From Eledone cirrhosa (Eukaryota): 64,000 bases of DNA. Under the pieces are notes generated by a model. The model did not search any database and had not been told where the DNA came from. It saw only the letters and a program-made list of their open reading frames with translations. The number at the start of each line of letters is the position of its first letter. Positions within the stretch are counted from its first letter, which is position 1. Location of the stretch: NCBI GenBank assembly GCA_964016885.1, contig OZ024747.1, positions 40,548,001-40,612,000 on the forward strand, in the 5' to 3' direction. Both the position numbers and the translations under genes were made by a program. This document shows, piece by piece, positions 40,201 to 51,388 of the stretch.

Positions 40201-43200
40201 ATTGCAGGAGGAGACACACTGATCTTGCCATGGGATGGATAGACTACAGAAAGGCATTTGACATGGTGCCTCATTCTTGGATCACCAAAAGCCTGGAGAT
40301 CTTCAAGGTGGCAGATAACATCAGACAGTTGTTGGGAAAAAGTATGAGGTCCTGGGAAACAGAGTTGACATCAACTGGGGAATCCTTGGGAAGCGTGAAG
40401 ATCAAGAGAGGTATCTTCCAGGGAGATAGCCTGTCCCCTCTGTTGTTTGTCCTTGCCCTGATGCCCCTGACCAGTCTACTGCGAAAAGTGAGAGCAGGAT
40501 ACGGGTTGGGAAAGGGAGGGCTTACCATCAATCACCTCCTCTTCATGGACGATCTTAAGCTCTTCGGGAAGAGTGAGAAGGAGTTGGATGTGCTTGTTGA
40601 CACTGTCCGTATTTTCAGCAGTGATATATGTATGCAGTTTGGTATTAGTAAGTGTGGAATCATTGTGATGAAGAGGGGTAGGTTGAGCAGAAGTAACGGA
40701 ATCCAGATACCAGCAGGTGAGATGATAAAGGAAATTGACTCTGAGGAAGGATACCAGTATTTGGGCGTTCTGGAGGCTGATGGCATAAAGAACAAAAAAA
40801 TGAAGGAATTGTTAAGAACTGAATACATTCGGAGAGTAAGGAGCGTATTAAAGTCACATCTGAACAGCAGAAATGCCATAAGCGCAGTAAATTCCCGAGC
40901 TGTGTCTATTATTAGGTACAGTGCGGGAATTCTGAGATGGAATGTTGCTGAACAAAAAGAAATGGATAGGAAGACTAGGAAGCTATTGACTATCTACAAC
41001 ATCTTCCACAAGAGGAGTGATGTCGATAGACTCTACCTAATGAGATCTGAGGGTGGAAGAGGTCTTATCAGCATAGAGGACTGTGTTCAGATGGAGAAAA
41101 ACAACCTACACAAATACGTGACTGATAGTAAGGAGCCAATGCTTAGAACTGTACTGAAGGAGGGGACAATAGGCCAGGGGATGTCCAAGGAGGAAATAAC
41201 ATCAAGGAGAAAGAACAGCCTTCAGAAAAAATCCCTTCATAGTACCTTCTTTGAGAAAACTGAATTTAGAGATCCACAGACATGGAACTGGTTGAGAAGA
41301 GGAGACCTTAAAAAGGCTACAGAAGGAATGTTAATGGCTGCGCAGGAGCAGGCCCTCAAAACGTTGTGGTTGAAACACCATATTTACAAGGAGGAGGCTA
41401 GCCCACTGTGCAGGATCTGTGGAGAGAGATAGGTGACTGTGGCTCACATTGTATCCGAGTGTAAACACCTAGCCCAGACCCACTATAAGGGCTGGAGACA
41501 TGATGTGATGGGCAGGGTGATCCACTGGCACCTGTGCAAAGTAAACAATTTACCACATTCTGAGAAATGGTATGAGCATAAGCCAGAGGCGGTGATGGAG
41601 AACGATCAGGTGAAGGTGCTGTGGGATTTTAGGATACAGACGGACAAGAAACAGGAACACAATAGACCTGACCTGGTGGTTGTGGACAAAGAAAAAAGAT
41701 CGTGTCTGATTGTGGATGTGGCCTGCCCATTCGACACGAGAGTGCAAGAGAAGGAGAGGGAGAAAATTAACCGATACCAGGACTTAAAGTGGGAGGTAAA
41801 AAGGATTTGGAACTGCCATGAAGTCAAAGTGATCCCGATTGTCATAGGCGCACTAGGGATTATCTCAAAAAGTTTCCAGGGATGGGTAAAGAAAATTGGC
41901 CCCTTCACGCTTTTTGGAACGCTTCAAAAGGCATGCTTGCTGAGAACAGCAAGAACCCTCCGATACGTCCTGAATATCTGAGGCTGCAGGTAGTGGCTTG
42001 ATATTCATTCCAACAAACTTTCCAGTTAACTAACATCAATGACTGAGACTCAAGGAACAACAACAACAACAACAACAACAACAAAAAGATAAGAAAAAGA
42101 AGAAAAGGAAGAAAAAGAAAAAGAAGGAAAAGAAAAAGAAAAAAGAAAAAAGAGGAAGAAAAATAAAAAGAAAAAGAAAAAGAAGAAAAAGGAGAAAAGA
42201 AAAAGAAGCAAGAGAAAAAAGAATATTGAGTTTTAACCTCACAGCCTAATTAGAACTACTTAAGTTTTTATTCTCTCTATTTCGGTGATTCCATACATGG
42301 GCACTATCGCCCCCTTGTGTTGAAAGGGGGCACTGTGAGTTTTTATTTCATTGGGGGGGGGGGGGTGAATATACTCAGGTGGGCGGTGGGCATTTATGCC
42401 TTTTTTTCTTTCAAATTTTTCAAAAATTAAAAAAACATTTTTACCACTTTGGCGACACCAAGCGAATTCCTGGCACCAGGTGTAACCGGTGTCGCTAAAG
42501 TGAAACCCCCAAAACGAAAACAAATAGAAAAAACAAATGAATGGTGACAGATGACTAAAAGTTAAAAAAAACAATGAATAAAACTGGCTTTTGAGAGTGA
42601 TTGATATGTATGTGTTTGTGTATGTTTGTATGTATATGATTGCGTCTATGTGAGAATGTTGCCATTTTTAATTCCTTTCTGCGATTGAACTTAAATTGAC
42701 CCCTGGTGATTAAAGGCCCAACCACACACACACACACACACACATACACACACATTTGTTTTACGTTTTAAACCCATTTCAACTGCAGCCATTCACCAGA
42801 TAACATGGTAAGTCTTATGTTTCGAAATTTAAATTCTAAATTTGTTTTAATTATAAAATTACACCTCAGCTAAAAACACTTTTTTTTTTTTGGCTTTGGA
42901 AAATTAAGACAATATTAAAATTACTTTTGCCTAAGTATCATCTTTCTATGTAAGATGAATTCAGTATCTTATTTGAAATTTAATTTGGCAGGGGGGCTTT
43001 GACAAAAAGGTTTGCCCCTGGCTGAAAAATAGGTTGGGAAACCCTGCTCTATTTAGTCAGATGGCACCTCTGAACTATTAAAACAAATCAACCTCTTGGG
43101 TGCCTACCTTCTCTAAATCAGTTGCAAAGTGCTCTGATTATCACATTAAGTTCTCTATTGCATCAAAAATATGAAAGAGTAAACAACACACTGAATCATA

Positions 43201-46200
43201 GAGAAATTACCTGAATTGAAATTGTCTTTTAGAGGGTTGATACTTGAGGTATTCTTTTGTCTTACAGAATTCTTCGTGGTATTTTTCATTCAGCTTCATG
43301 CAGTCTTGTAGCATTGGTACTACTTCCTCTCTGCAACCAAGAACAACAAAGTGAAAGATTAAATTTTATAACATAAGTGCACACCTGCTTGTGGAGTTAA
43401 ATAGCTTGTTACACTTGATTTGAGTTCAGTCTTACTGCATAGTAAATTAGCCATGTGCCTGTTACTATAGACTCAGGTTAATCAATGCCATGTGAGTGAA
43501 ATGTGATAATGGGGAAACTGCTGAACGCTGTCATGTGTCTGTGTATTTGTGTGTACCCATGAATATGTTTATGTTTATGTTTGTGTCTGTGTTTATGTTT
43601 CGTTATCTAGCTATTTGACAAAAAGATAACAAAATAGGTATGACTAAATCAAGGTGGAGTCCCAGCATGGCTGCAGCTTTAATGACTGAAAACAGTAAAA
43701 GATTATATATATTTAGCAGAAATGTTTGTTGTGTGTGTGATCATGTGTCATATATGTTGATGTGTAATTGAAGTGGGGATGTGATTTCTCCAACATATAG
43801 GTATCATGTAAATAGACCAACAAGGAAACAAAATTGTTTTTAGCCATGGAATACAACAAATCCATGTGGCAAACAATTATACTCCAGAAATTCGTTATAG
43901 TAAATAATAAATTTCACAGAAAAAGTATTTTCTTGAAATGTAAATATATTTAGATATAATTGGACTTGTAAGCAGCATGTATCATACAGATTTAAAAAAA
44001 AAATAGATTTAACATGTGATAGTGTAAAAATATAGCCTTGGCATATGGCATATTCACTAACAAGTTGGCATGACTTAGCAGTCAGCTGAAAATGGCCTTG
44101 ACTGCTACATCCAAAATCTGTTGCCAAGTGAAAGAATTTGGCAGTGTCTGGCTTGGGGATATCATGGTTTATTTTTCTTGGAACTGATGAATATCACATT
44201 TGATACAAAAATATTCTGATGCGCCATATTTTATTGACATAGCAAATTTCACCCAAGGATAATTTCCACACACAGACAGAGAGATATAGATATATATTGT
44301 CTCTGTATTTGTGTTTCAAATGTTTACATGATACTATAACCAAATTAATGCAAATTATTTCAGAAGAAAAATTTAAAAATATATAAACCACATACTTTGG
44401 CCTGTCCCAAATTTTGTAGTCCTCTTGTAGCATGTAAGACTTGCATGTCGATATCAACTGGTTTGTTATTTTAACAAATAATGATGTCATCCTTTCAGAT
44501 GTATTAAAATATTGTGAATTACAGTAAACCATCTGTATTGCATTCATAAGACTGGAAATATGGTCAGCAATGCTATTCTGAAAGAAAATAATTATTGATT
44601 TCAAAATTAGGTCAGCAAACTTTGGAGGAAGAGCAAGATTGTATTGACGCCAGAAGAATGACCTCTGCAGGATTTGAACTCAAACCGTAGAAAACCAGAA
44701 CAAATACCACAACAGCCTTTTACCCAACGGTCTACCAATTCTGTCAATACATACCCTGATGAAAAGAAATATTATTAGCAAAAGAGAATGGCATACAAAG
44801 TAACATGTTGCTGCTGGCAATTCAAGTGTAATTCTCTTCCATAAACTCTTGAAAATCTAACTCCAGTAAATAATTAAACCTTTTGATACCAAATTAGCCT
44901 GTTAGCTCTGGTTCAATGAAACAAAAGTGCACATTTTAAAGGCTTCCTATCTAAATTAAAATCTACAACATATTTTTATACAAGAACCATGTGTTTTGTT
45001 GCTACCTTAGTAATGAAAGGGTTAATAATTTTAAGAAATATCTCAAAATCCTTCATTAATTAATTGAAATAAATTGTATTTCATTAGAAATACAGTTCCG
45101 AAACAGTTAAATTCACATCCAGGTGTCATCAATTCAGTGCTTTAATCAAAGATCCATTTCCCATGCTAACTCTTTCTATAACTACAATAAAAATAATTGA
45201 ATCAAAAACTGGAAAGAAGATGTTGAACATTATAACTATCACAAAACCTAAATCTGCTGCTATAAATAATGTGAACTTGACTAGTAGCAACAGTGGTAGT
45301 AGTGGTAACAGCAGCATCAGAAGTAGTGGTTCCTAGCATAGACATAAGGCTACACACTTTGGTAAAGATGTGCTGCTGATTTATTCAATTAACCCACTAT
45401 GGTCATGTCTAAATTATGCAAAAGACTACAAATTTGTCGAGGGACGTTGTGTTAACCCTTTACCATTCACATTATTCTATATATATTATTATATTTTCAT
45501 GGTAAAGGCTTTACCTCACATAATTATCTCACATAATATCGAATCTATGAGATTTTGAAAGTATTTATTTTGAGAACAATACCTTAACATCAGTTTGAGT
45601 GACCAGTTACAGCTAGTTTCAACAGAAAAAGGTAGAGAATTCTGAACAGTTTTGGCCAGTTTGTACATTAAAGGGTTAATAAAAGTAATTATTTCTCAAA
45701 TAAGCATAAGGCCAGAAATTTGGGGAGGAGTACCTAGTCGATTGAATCAACCCCAGTAGTTGATTTGATTATTTATTTAATCAAGATCCTTGAAAGACGA
45801 AAGGCAAAGTTCATTCTAGTAGGTGTAGAAGTGACTGAATGTTAAAGCAATTCGCTTCACAACTAGTTGGTTCTGGCGACTTGAGCATGTGTCTTCTGCT
45901 ATTGACTCAGGTTAACCAATGCCTTGTAAATGGTGTTTGGTAGACAAAAACTGCAGAAGCCTGCGTGTGTGTGTGTGTCCATGTGTGTGAGCAAATGTAT
46001 GTGTTTGTGTGTCTGTTTGAGTCCATGTTTGTGTTAATGTTAATGTCTGTCTGTGTTTATGTCCTGAAACTTAGCAGTTCAACAAAATAGAGAATGATGA
46101 TATATGTACTAGGCTTTGAAAAAAAAAACATACTGGGGTTGATATGCTCGACAAATCAAGGCAGTGCCCCAACATGATGCACAATCTATTGACAGAAAGA

Positions 46201-49200
46201 AGTAAAAGAATAGAATAGTAGGATTGGAACTCAAAATATAGAAATAGAATTGACTACCAAAATATATTTTGTCTGATGCTTTAGCAATTCCACCATTAAA
46301 TTTTAATGATTAAAGTCTGTTTCGAGCCTGGAGGTTCATCAGGCCGGTACTTATCCTGGTTTCCATGGCATGAAGCAACTGAGAGTACAAGACTTCCCCC
46401 TAGACAGAATGCCAGTCCATCACAGTGTTAAACCCTTGGCTATTGCTGGTACTTATTTTCAGCTGACTATACTGGAGAAATGTGAAAATTAAGTATTTTG
46501 ATCAAGAACACAACACACATCCCAGTCAAGAAATCGAACCCATGACATTCAGATTGTACGCCGAACACACTTACCACTAGGTCACATGTCTCCAGAATTC
46601 CATCATCAACTTTCTTTAACAACACTCATGACAACCATTATTATTGCAAATTATAATAGTGGTTAAAATAGTTTAGTGCATTTCTTTATGCTTTCAAATC
46701 AAATGTTGCTGAAGGCAATTTTGTATTTTATACACCTGGGATCAATAACCCAACTACCATCCAATTCAAATAACTCTACCCTACTCCTACAAATTTATCG
46801 TCTAAACTAATGCAAGAAATCATTATTTCGCTTGCTATTTAAGCTTTGAGTTCAAATCCCACTGAGGTCGGCTTTGCCTTTCGTCCTTCCAGGGTTGATA
46901 AAGTCAATACTGAAATTGAATGGACCTGATATGAGTGTGCACCTGTAAATTGGAGGAGGACAACTTGGAGAAGGCACATGCCCTAGTGGTCAGGGTAACT
47001 GTGGTTTTTTATGTTCTTTCACTATGTTTGACCCTCAGAGCTTTCCACCTATTGGGGAATTTGTTTTTGCTTGTTTGATTTTGAAATGTTTATTTTTTTT
47101 TTTAGTTTTTGTTATCACGTTTTTACACGAAACCCATACTGTATCATCCTTTGCCATCTTTAATGTTATCTTAATGTGAACCCTGTCTGCCTAATAAAGA
47201 AATTGTCACCACCATTATTATTATTATTGTATGCTGTCGCTGTATTATTCAGTACAGTTCTGTGCACCATAATCATGGGCAGAGAAACACTTTTCGGAGT
47301 TGTGTAAGTTTTTTTGTAAAAATCTATATTTTTTACCTATTTTCAGTGATTGTTCAAGTATTTAGAGTGTTCTGCCTGGTTGCCCCAAGTGAGGTTCTCA
47401 TTTCTGGAACAGTACCCTCATTAAACGGTACCAGAATTAGAAAAACTTCTTTTAAAATGTATTTATTTTGTTTTGAAAAACTAACTATGGAGTCTATTCC
47501 AACAATAAGGTCCAACGAAGGTTGCTCTGCCGGAATTCAAGTTAGTCAAAATGCATTTTCATATGAGAAGGATATAAACATCAGCGATAAAACTAATAAT
47601 TTTGTGATTTAACAAGGAAGTACCTTGAGATATTTAATCTGCAATATGTCACAGACACTTCTTTGTCATCCTCACCATTAGAAATACAATAATATGAGAT
47701 TGGTTTGTTACTAATTCTACCATAAAATAAATATAATATATAGTGCACAGTTCATGAGGTTTGTGATCACTTAGACTTTCTCATTAAAAATGATCTCTCC
47801 TGGCATCAATATTTTCAAGCATATTGCCAATTTTTCTATCTCTCTTTTAATTTAGTTCTCTCTTCAGTTTTTCTTCTTGCTTTTTGCTCTTTTACTAGTT
47901 TTAATCATCACATTAGGGTCATGCTTGAGCACCACGTTTTATCTACTATCTTTCCTTCTTAGTTTTCACTACAATATCCACGTTTTATTTTATTTTATCA
48001 ATCTCTTTCATCTATTTCATTTGATTCTATGTTCCCCTCCCTATACACACATCATACATCTCTGCTACACTACTATTAGTATTACACTATGTCAATTATT
48101 CCGTATGCTGATTGTGTGCTGATTTGTATGAGCATATGTGTGTATGTCCACATACAAGTGCACAACTTCCACATGTTTGTATGTGGAAGTGATCAACCAA
48201 ATAATATCAGAAATCTAAATAAGAAAATAAAATATTTCATCATATCTATTGAATATATAAATTTATATAAAAGTGCGTTAGCTTTTGTACCTCTGCCATT
48301 AATTTAATCTAAATTTCCCACTATATAAATGTATACTAAAAGTAAAAACCCAGCGTCCACATACTCCCTCCACAACACTAATATCAAGAAGTCTTCTTGT
48401 GAACGTGACCTGGGCATTACGGCCAGCAGTGATTTGCGTTGGACGAAGCACATCTCTAAAATTGTCAAGAAGGCCGAGGATGTCTTAGCATCACTCAGCA
48501 AGACCTTTGTCAGCCGCTCTCCAGCTATCTATTTAAAGCTGTACATAGCTATGGTGTGGCCACACTTACAATTTGCATCTGGAACCCCTATCTTGCTCAG
48601 AACATTGACCACCTGGAAACTGTTCAGAGACGTGCAAACCAAGCAAATACCCTCCATCAGGCATCTACCATACTCTGAACGCCTTGCTTCCCTGGGCATG
48701 GATACATTGAAGCTCCGACATCTGGCAACTGACTTGGTAAACACCCACAAAATTATTAACCATCTTGCCAACAACAACCCTGAGTACCTTTTTGATTTCC
48801 ATGTGTCTAACACACGTGGGCATGCCCACAAAGTCAGAAAACAGCACAGTTCCCATGACTTTCAGAAACATTTTTTCACGCTCAGAGTTTCTGAAGCATG
48901 GAACAAACTACCTGCATCAGTTGTTAGCTGTCGAAACACTGCATCCTTTAAAACCTCCATGCTTCCTGAGATTCGCCAACATTATACCTAATATTCACCC
49001 TCCATACACATACACATATGTATATCATGACTCATACACTATTCACTTCCCTGATATTTTTATATGTACTATACATGCACCTTTGACGAGTTGTAGTGCA
49101 CCTGAGCACTGTACACAATAATTTCATTATTATTATTTTCATTATTATTAAAAAACTACATAATTGAAACCAAATCGTAATTGAATACAGAAAATATTAA

Positions 49201-49364
49201 AGTTGGTGAAATGGAAGAAGGAAAGCAAATACGTTGTTGCAAATACTCTTTAAAATACTTACAGGATTAGTAGACTTGATTATTGGCTCAAGAAATTTAT
49301 CCAAAATATGGAGATATTTCACATTATCTTTGGCTTCATTTGCCACATCAGTAATACGTCCACC
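14996..49364 (-). CDS. DNAH5: Axonemal outer-arm dynein heavy chain (DNAH5/DNAH8-like), partial; 10 exons of the N-terminal tail (DHC_N1 region)
   Basis: Ten GT-AG exons join into one open frame of 537 codons. Collinear with recalled vertebrate DNAH5: RITDVANEAKDNVKYL, YFNTSERMTSLFVKITNQ, FDQDY, AGRIMWVQQL, ELFVNFD, LEPGIKSLTWTSINVD. DNAH5 versus DNAH8 orthology not resolved. The gene must continue beyond both ends. Confidence 0.93.
15741..16068. mobile_element. Putative TA-flanked Tc1/mariner-type MITE
   Basis: ta|ctctt...gagag|ta termini and repeated ggaataagc..gggg motifs. Confidence 0.5.
16076..16227 (-). CDS. DNAH5: Dynein heavy chain exon (FQDVLNEFKQIKGKIP...LTWTSINVDT)
   Basis: tcaAG / GTgagt, 152 nt, phase 2-1. 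Confidence 0.9.
19045..19307. mobile_element. piggyBac-like MITE (similar relics at 24767-25003, 44875-45025, 45452-45678)
   Basis: ttaa|cccttttgttacc ... gatatcaaaaagg|ttaa. Confidence 0.55.
19866..20426. mobile_element. Old hAT MITE related to 10315-11244
   Basis: Degenerate TIRs cagaagcgtatctaggg / cccttgttacatctttg; near-TSD gcgacaag / acaacaag. Confidence 0.55.
20627..20856 (-). CDS. DNAH5: Dynein heavy chain exon (VCYYESWYKAV...SLKILLP)
   Basis: tgaAG / GTaagt, 230 nt, phase 0-2. Confidence 0.92.
21192..21373 (+). mobile_element. Meta-domain tRNA SINE
   Basis: A-box tggcagtatcggtag, B-box gagttcaaatccc, Meta core, tail gccttgtg..aaagtagaaacaatt. Confidence 0.8.
21458..21523 (-). CDS. 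DNAH5: Dynein heavy chain exon (HLDGQRILANYKKLTKCLQTYE)
   Basis: ttttAG / GTaatg, 66 nt, phase 0-0. Confidence 0.88.
23678..23974. repeat. Long palindrome (~143-bp arms, 7-nt spacer), Penelope pLTR-like
   Basis: Arms 23678-23819 and 23827-23974 are near-perfect reverse complements. Confidence 0.92.
23873..23925 (+). ncRNA. Minimal type-I hammerhead ribozyme motif (mirror copy at 23727-23776 on the minus strand)
   Basis: attttgt CTGATGA agacgtac-tgtt-gtacatcc GAAA t-atgt-ATA ataaaat; stem II has mismatches. Confidence 0.65.
25331..25665 (-). mobile_element. tRNA-head CORE-type SINE with RTE 3' tail
   Basis: tggcttaatggttagagc A-box, gagttcaattctc B-box, ccttgagcaagacacttt core, ttaggaagggcatccagctgtagaaa..(ATG)n tail. 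Confidence 0.8.
26061..26318 (-). CDS. DNAH5: Dynein heavy chain exon (TQRALQLVTKFE...KPEIMK)
   Basis: ttcAG / GTaatt, 258 nt, phase 0-0. Confidence 0.92.
26741..26930 (+). mobile_element. Meta-domain tRNA SINE, full length
   Basis: Same family as 21192-21373. Confidence 0.8.
28298..28390 (-). CDS. DNAH5: Dynein heavy chain exon (FDQDYVHFNTQIEYLCLMLLVLIDGWIERFP)
   Basis: tccAG / GTaagt, 93 nt, phase 0-0. Confidence 0.9.
28729..29051 (+). mobile_element. CORE-type SINE with RTE tail
   Basis: Near-identical reverse complement of 25331-25665. Confidence 0.8.
29136..29470 (+). mobile_element. RTE apurinic endonuclease fragment containing three 45-bp tandem repeats
   Basis: (VEGVDILLAEKWIVR)x3 followed by YAPQLG, matching the RTE APE at ~53430-53560. 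Confidence 0.65.
30251..30563 (+). mobile_element. CORE-type SINE with RTE tail, 5'-truncated
   Basis: Same family as 28729-29051; ends about 13 nt from an exon donor. Confidence 0.8.
30577..30778 (-). CDS. DNAH5: Dynein heavy chain exon (EHCIFWKFDAFCKRLEKI...YDIFDYRFME)
   Basis: ttaAG / GTaagc, 202 nt, phase 2-0. Confidence 0.92.
30882..31067 (+). mobile_element. Meta-domain tRNA SINE
   Basis: Same family as 26741-26930. Confidence 0.78.
32149..32340 (-). mobile_element. Meta-domain tRNA SINE
   Basis: Reverse-complement copy of the same family. Confidence 0.78.
32520..35348 (+). mobile_element. Dong/R4 LINE family B, 5'-truncated, (TAA)n tail
   Basis: NYRPITC, GIFQGDSLSP, FYMDDLKL, GGRGL, CRVC..H....C, RHD, KPD..D; a few stops and frameshifts. 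Confidence 0.92.
35377..37176 (+). mobile_element. Dong/R4 LINE family C, internally deleted copy (5' UTR plus endonuclease end), (TAA)n tail
   Basis: 5' part parallels 37259-38625; 3' part matches 41205-42050. Confidence 0.85.
37259..42055 (+). mobile_element. Dong/R4 LINE family C, apparently full length, (CAA)n tail
   Basis: Single ORF from 38589 with a Myb-like N-terminus (WTKELN), RT (FMDD), CCHC and RPD..D nuclease; starts right after (TAA)n. Confidence 0.93.
38589..41981 (+). pseudogene. R4/Dong RT plus restriction-like endonuclease polyprotein, nearly intact
   Basis: ORFs 38589-38837, 38931-41432 and 41433-41981; N-terminal frameshifts and one TAG at 41430 (GAG in the other copy). 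Confidence 0.9.
43211..43330 (-). CDS. DNAH5: Dynein heavy chain exon (EEVVPMLQDCMKLNEKYHEEFCKTKEYLKYQPSKRQFQF)
   Basis: tgcAG / GTaatt, 120 nt, phase 2-2; not in the ORF track. Confidence 0.9.
44396..44577 (-). CDS. DNAH5: Dynein heavy chain exon (NSIADHISSLMNAIQ...KIWDRP)
   Basis: ttcAG / GTatgt, 182 nt, phase 0-2. Confidence 0.92.
46920..47230 (+). mobile_element. L1/Tx1-type 3' tail relic (reverse-strand relic also at ~32357-32520)
   Basis: gtcagggt..accctc..cctattgggga..aataaagaaa, as at 60600-60860. Confidence 0.5.
48345..49137 (+). mobile_element. CR1-clade LINE 3' fragment
   Basis: ERDLGI..WTKHI, TRGH..K, FFTLRV..WNKLP..VV..SFK; (ATT)n tail. Confidence 0.85.
49263..49364 (-). CDS. 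DNAH5: Dynein heavy chain exon (GGRITDVANEAKDNVKYLHILDKFLEPIIKSTNP)
   Basis: ttacAG acceptor, GTaagt donor, 102 nt, phase 0-0. Confidence 0.9.
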
Positions 49365-49534
49365 CTGTAAATAAATATATATAATGTAAAACATATTTGT
49401 AAGGTTCCTAGTCATGATTAATTGCATTTATTATGTGTTTATATTTTCATTCTGTAAGAATCATAAACGATATGTAATGTTATTTACACAATTGTGAATA
49501 ATTAAATTTGCTTATATAAGTATATAAATATGAA

Positions 49535-50215
49535 AACAAATTGTTTCTATAGTGTATGAGTTACCTATACCTCGCTACTTGAATAATACACAAATATTAT
49601 CAAAAACCGAAAGTACACTGTAAGCCAACACACCATGTCATCAGACCTTTGTATTAGAATGATATGAAAATATTTTATACACTAGATAAAAGATAAAGAA
49701 GGAGGTAGGAAGAGAAGGGGAAGAGGGAAGTGAGTAAGGTGGGGGGTGTCTTAGGGTTTAAGACTGTCAGACTAGTAGAGATTGTGAAGAGAGAATGTTT
49801 TGGCAGCAGTTAGCTTAATGAGGCGTGCAAAGGTTGGCTGGGAAGTAGATTCTTCTAGTGGTGTTGTTCGGACAAAATTTAGTTAGAGGGGTCAAAGTAG
49901 TACAGTGTCACAGACAAGTTATTAGGGCTATTATAGTAGCAGGTTATTTCTAAAGGGGTCCAGAAAAACAGTGTTTAGTACTATTATTATAGAAAGCCAT
50001 ATCTAGTGTATAAACATATAAGACAGAAATTTGCAAACGTTGGTGTAAAAAGGTGACATTATATGCATTTAAAAAAAGAAAAAGTCGTTTTCAAACGATG
50101 GTTACAATATAGAGAACGTTCAATTTTGCTGTTCAAAAGTTTGTTTACCGACGTTAAAATGCAGTATATCTCTAAATTGCATAACTTGCAGAATCGATGA
50201 TTTTGCTGATATGCA
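49535..50215 (-). mobile_element. Inverted 3' portion (ORF end plus 3' region) of a Penelope-like element
   Basis: Encodes YQQNHRFCKLCNLEIYCILTSVNKLLNSKIE..CNHR, which overlaps and completes the plus-strand GIY-YIG ORF. Confidence 0.8.
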
Positions 50216-50540
50216 TAAAAATAGTTGTAACTGCACCAAACCAGGTATGTGCCCACTGAATAACCAGTGCCTAGCACGCAATATTGTCTACCGGTGTACA
50301 ATAAATTCCGGGACCAACAAATGGTATTACGTAGGATGTACCGCAACTTCTTTCAAGGCTCGCCTATACCAACATCGATCTTCGATCAGGCACGAGAAAA
50401 TGCGCTCCATAACAACTCTCGCCGATAAAGCCTGGCAGCTTCGGAGGAACAATCAAGCGTTCTCCCTTGATTGGCAAATTATTGCAGCTGCGCCTGCATA
50501 TCAGCAAAATCATCGATTCTGCAAGTTATGCAATTTAGAG
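50211..50540 (+). pseudogene. Penelope-like GIY-YIG endonuclease fragment
   Basis: CNC..CPL..C..NIVY..YYVGCT..FKARLYQH..CKLC. Confidence 0.88.
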
Positions 50541-50883
50541 ACATACAGACTAGCTGGACACTCACTGTAAAGTGTCCAGTGAAAAACTCAGTACATGTAC
50601 ATATGTATACATGTGTGTATTTATATGCATACCAATACTTCCGGATACATATGTAGATGTACACTTTAACTTAATTGTTTAAGCGTCAGTCATACAAAAG
50701 TGAGTTAGAAGCGAAACGAAATTTAATTTCGTTTCGTTATTTGTTTTTATCGTTTCCGCTGAACCGGTGCGTACAATGACTCACGTTCTATGCAAATTAG
50801 TCTACCCACTACTAATTTTCATAGAAAAAGCATATAACGATATATGCTTTTACAATTCTCTAGAGAAGCCGGAAGATGGGTAT

Positions 50884-50926
50884 ATATTGCTGATGAGATG
50901 TAATAACATCGAAACTAGTCCAATAT
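50884..50926 (+). ncRNA. Minimal type-I hammerhead ribozyme, intact
   Basis: atattg CTGATGA gatg-taataa-catc GAAA ctaGTC caatat; predicted cleavage after 50920. Confidence 0.88.
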
Positions 50927-51345
50927 TCCTGTTTGGCTCTCTGGAGAATAGAGGAAATGTGTTTCCTTGAAAACTCGTATGACTCTAAAACCCGGTCCGT
51001 CTGTGTGGTTACATACAGACTAGCTGGACACTCACTGTAAAGTGTCCAGTGAAAAACTCAGTACATGTATACATGTGTGTATTTATATGCATACTAATAC
51101 TTCCGGATACATATGTAGATGTACACTTTAACTTAATTGTTTAAGCGTCAGTCATACAAAAGTGAGTTAGAAGCGAAACGAAATTTAATTTCGTTTCGTT
51201 ATTTGTTTTTATCGTTTCCGCTGAACCGGTGCGTACAATGACTCACGTTCTATGCAAATTAGTCTACCCACTACTAATTTTCATAGAAAAAGCATATAAC
51301 GATATATGCTTTTACAATTCTCTAGAGAAGCCGGAAGATGCGTAT

Positions 51346-51388
51346 ATATTGCTGATGAGATGTAATAACATCGAAACTAGTCCAATAT
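51346..51388 (+). ncRNA. Minimal type-I hammerhead ribozyme, intact
   Basis: Identical to 50884-50926; predicted cleavage after 51382. Confidence 0.88.
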
